A stretch of 63,605 nucleotides of DNA, the filler included, from Octopus bimaculoides (Eukaryota): the NCBI RefSeq assembly GCF_001194135.2. It is 7 parts of 6 records of this genome, joined end to end, with 100 filler letters (N's around TTAATTAATTAA, not from the genome) between each part and the next. Parts side by side here need not be neighbours in the genome. Positions count along the whole stretch, not along the records: positions 61,777 to 63,605 come from NC_068990.1; 6 more parts are not named here. One strand, written 5' to 3'. The notes under the pieces were generated by a model. It did no database searches and was not told where the DNA came from. It saw nothing but the letters and a program-made list of their open reading frames with translations. Each line of letters starts with the position of its first letter. Position 1 is the stretch's first letter. A program made the position numbers and the translations under genes. This document shows positions 63,241 through 63,605 of this stretch, in pieces.

Positions 63241-63605
63241 TCTGTGTGTAGATTTTTCTGTGTACTTTATATATGTGTTGATTTTGCATTTTGTTATTGA
63301 TAAAAAAGGTTATAAAAGATGATATATGTAGATTTGTATGTGTTTGTTAATATCAGTGTTTATAGATATCCTAGCACATTATACCAAAAATATTATTAGC
63401 AACTCATATTTGGGTCTGTGTAAAATAAAATACCATACTTGGTGCCAAAGAACATACATACATGCATGCATGCATATACACACACACACACATATACATA
63501 CATAAATAAATACATACACACAAACATATACATCCATAAATACATATACATACATACATAAATACATACATACATATATATACATACATACATACATATA
63601 TATAT

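Noticed and set aside
785-63597. The many long ORFs in the supplied track (poly-HT, CV, YI, X and I tracts)
   Set aside because: They are translations of microsatellites and N gaps, not genes.
1-63605. CRISPR arrays, rRNA genes or genuine tRNA genes
   Set aside because: None were seen. All tRNA-like sequences are SINE heads or part of the PLE module and lack a complete cloverleaf.

Overview
Repeat-dense eukaryotic DNA, most likely from an octopod cephalopod; this is inferred from the SINE families and the extreme microsatellite load, not from a database search. The window is a mosaic of seven contig blocks joined by a synthetic 100-bp spacer (44 N, TTAATTAATTAA, 44 N), with many further N gaps. 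No complete host gene is recognisable. The content is almost all mobile elements: a Penelope-like retroelement (RT and GIY-YIG) whose terminal repeat carries a tRNA-like segment and a minimal hammerhead ribozyme; several R4/Dong-type LINE 3' ends next to (TAA)n; RTE LINE remnants; two non-autonomous Helitrons with canonical 3' ends and a Pif1-helicase relic; a near-full Tc1 element with DD36E spacing; a maT-like fragment; several MITEs; an internally deleted two-LTR Gypsy element; and about 25 tRNA-derived SINE pieces. A few isolated splice-site-flanked segments may be exons of unidentified genes. Most interesting: (i) the tRNA-like + (AAT)n + hammerhead module, which also occurs without an ORF; (ii) a 152-bp tandem monomer with exact hammerhead topology but a variant catalytic core; (iii) a microhomology-flanked templated insertion apparently present as both alleles; (iv) block-wise CpG decay. 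All translations and alignments were done by eye, and SINE boundaries are approximate.
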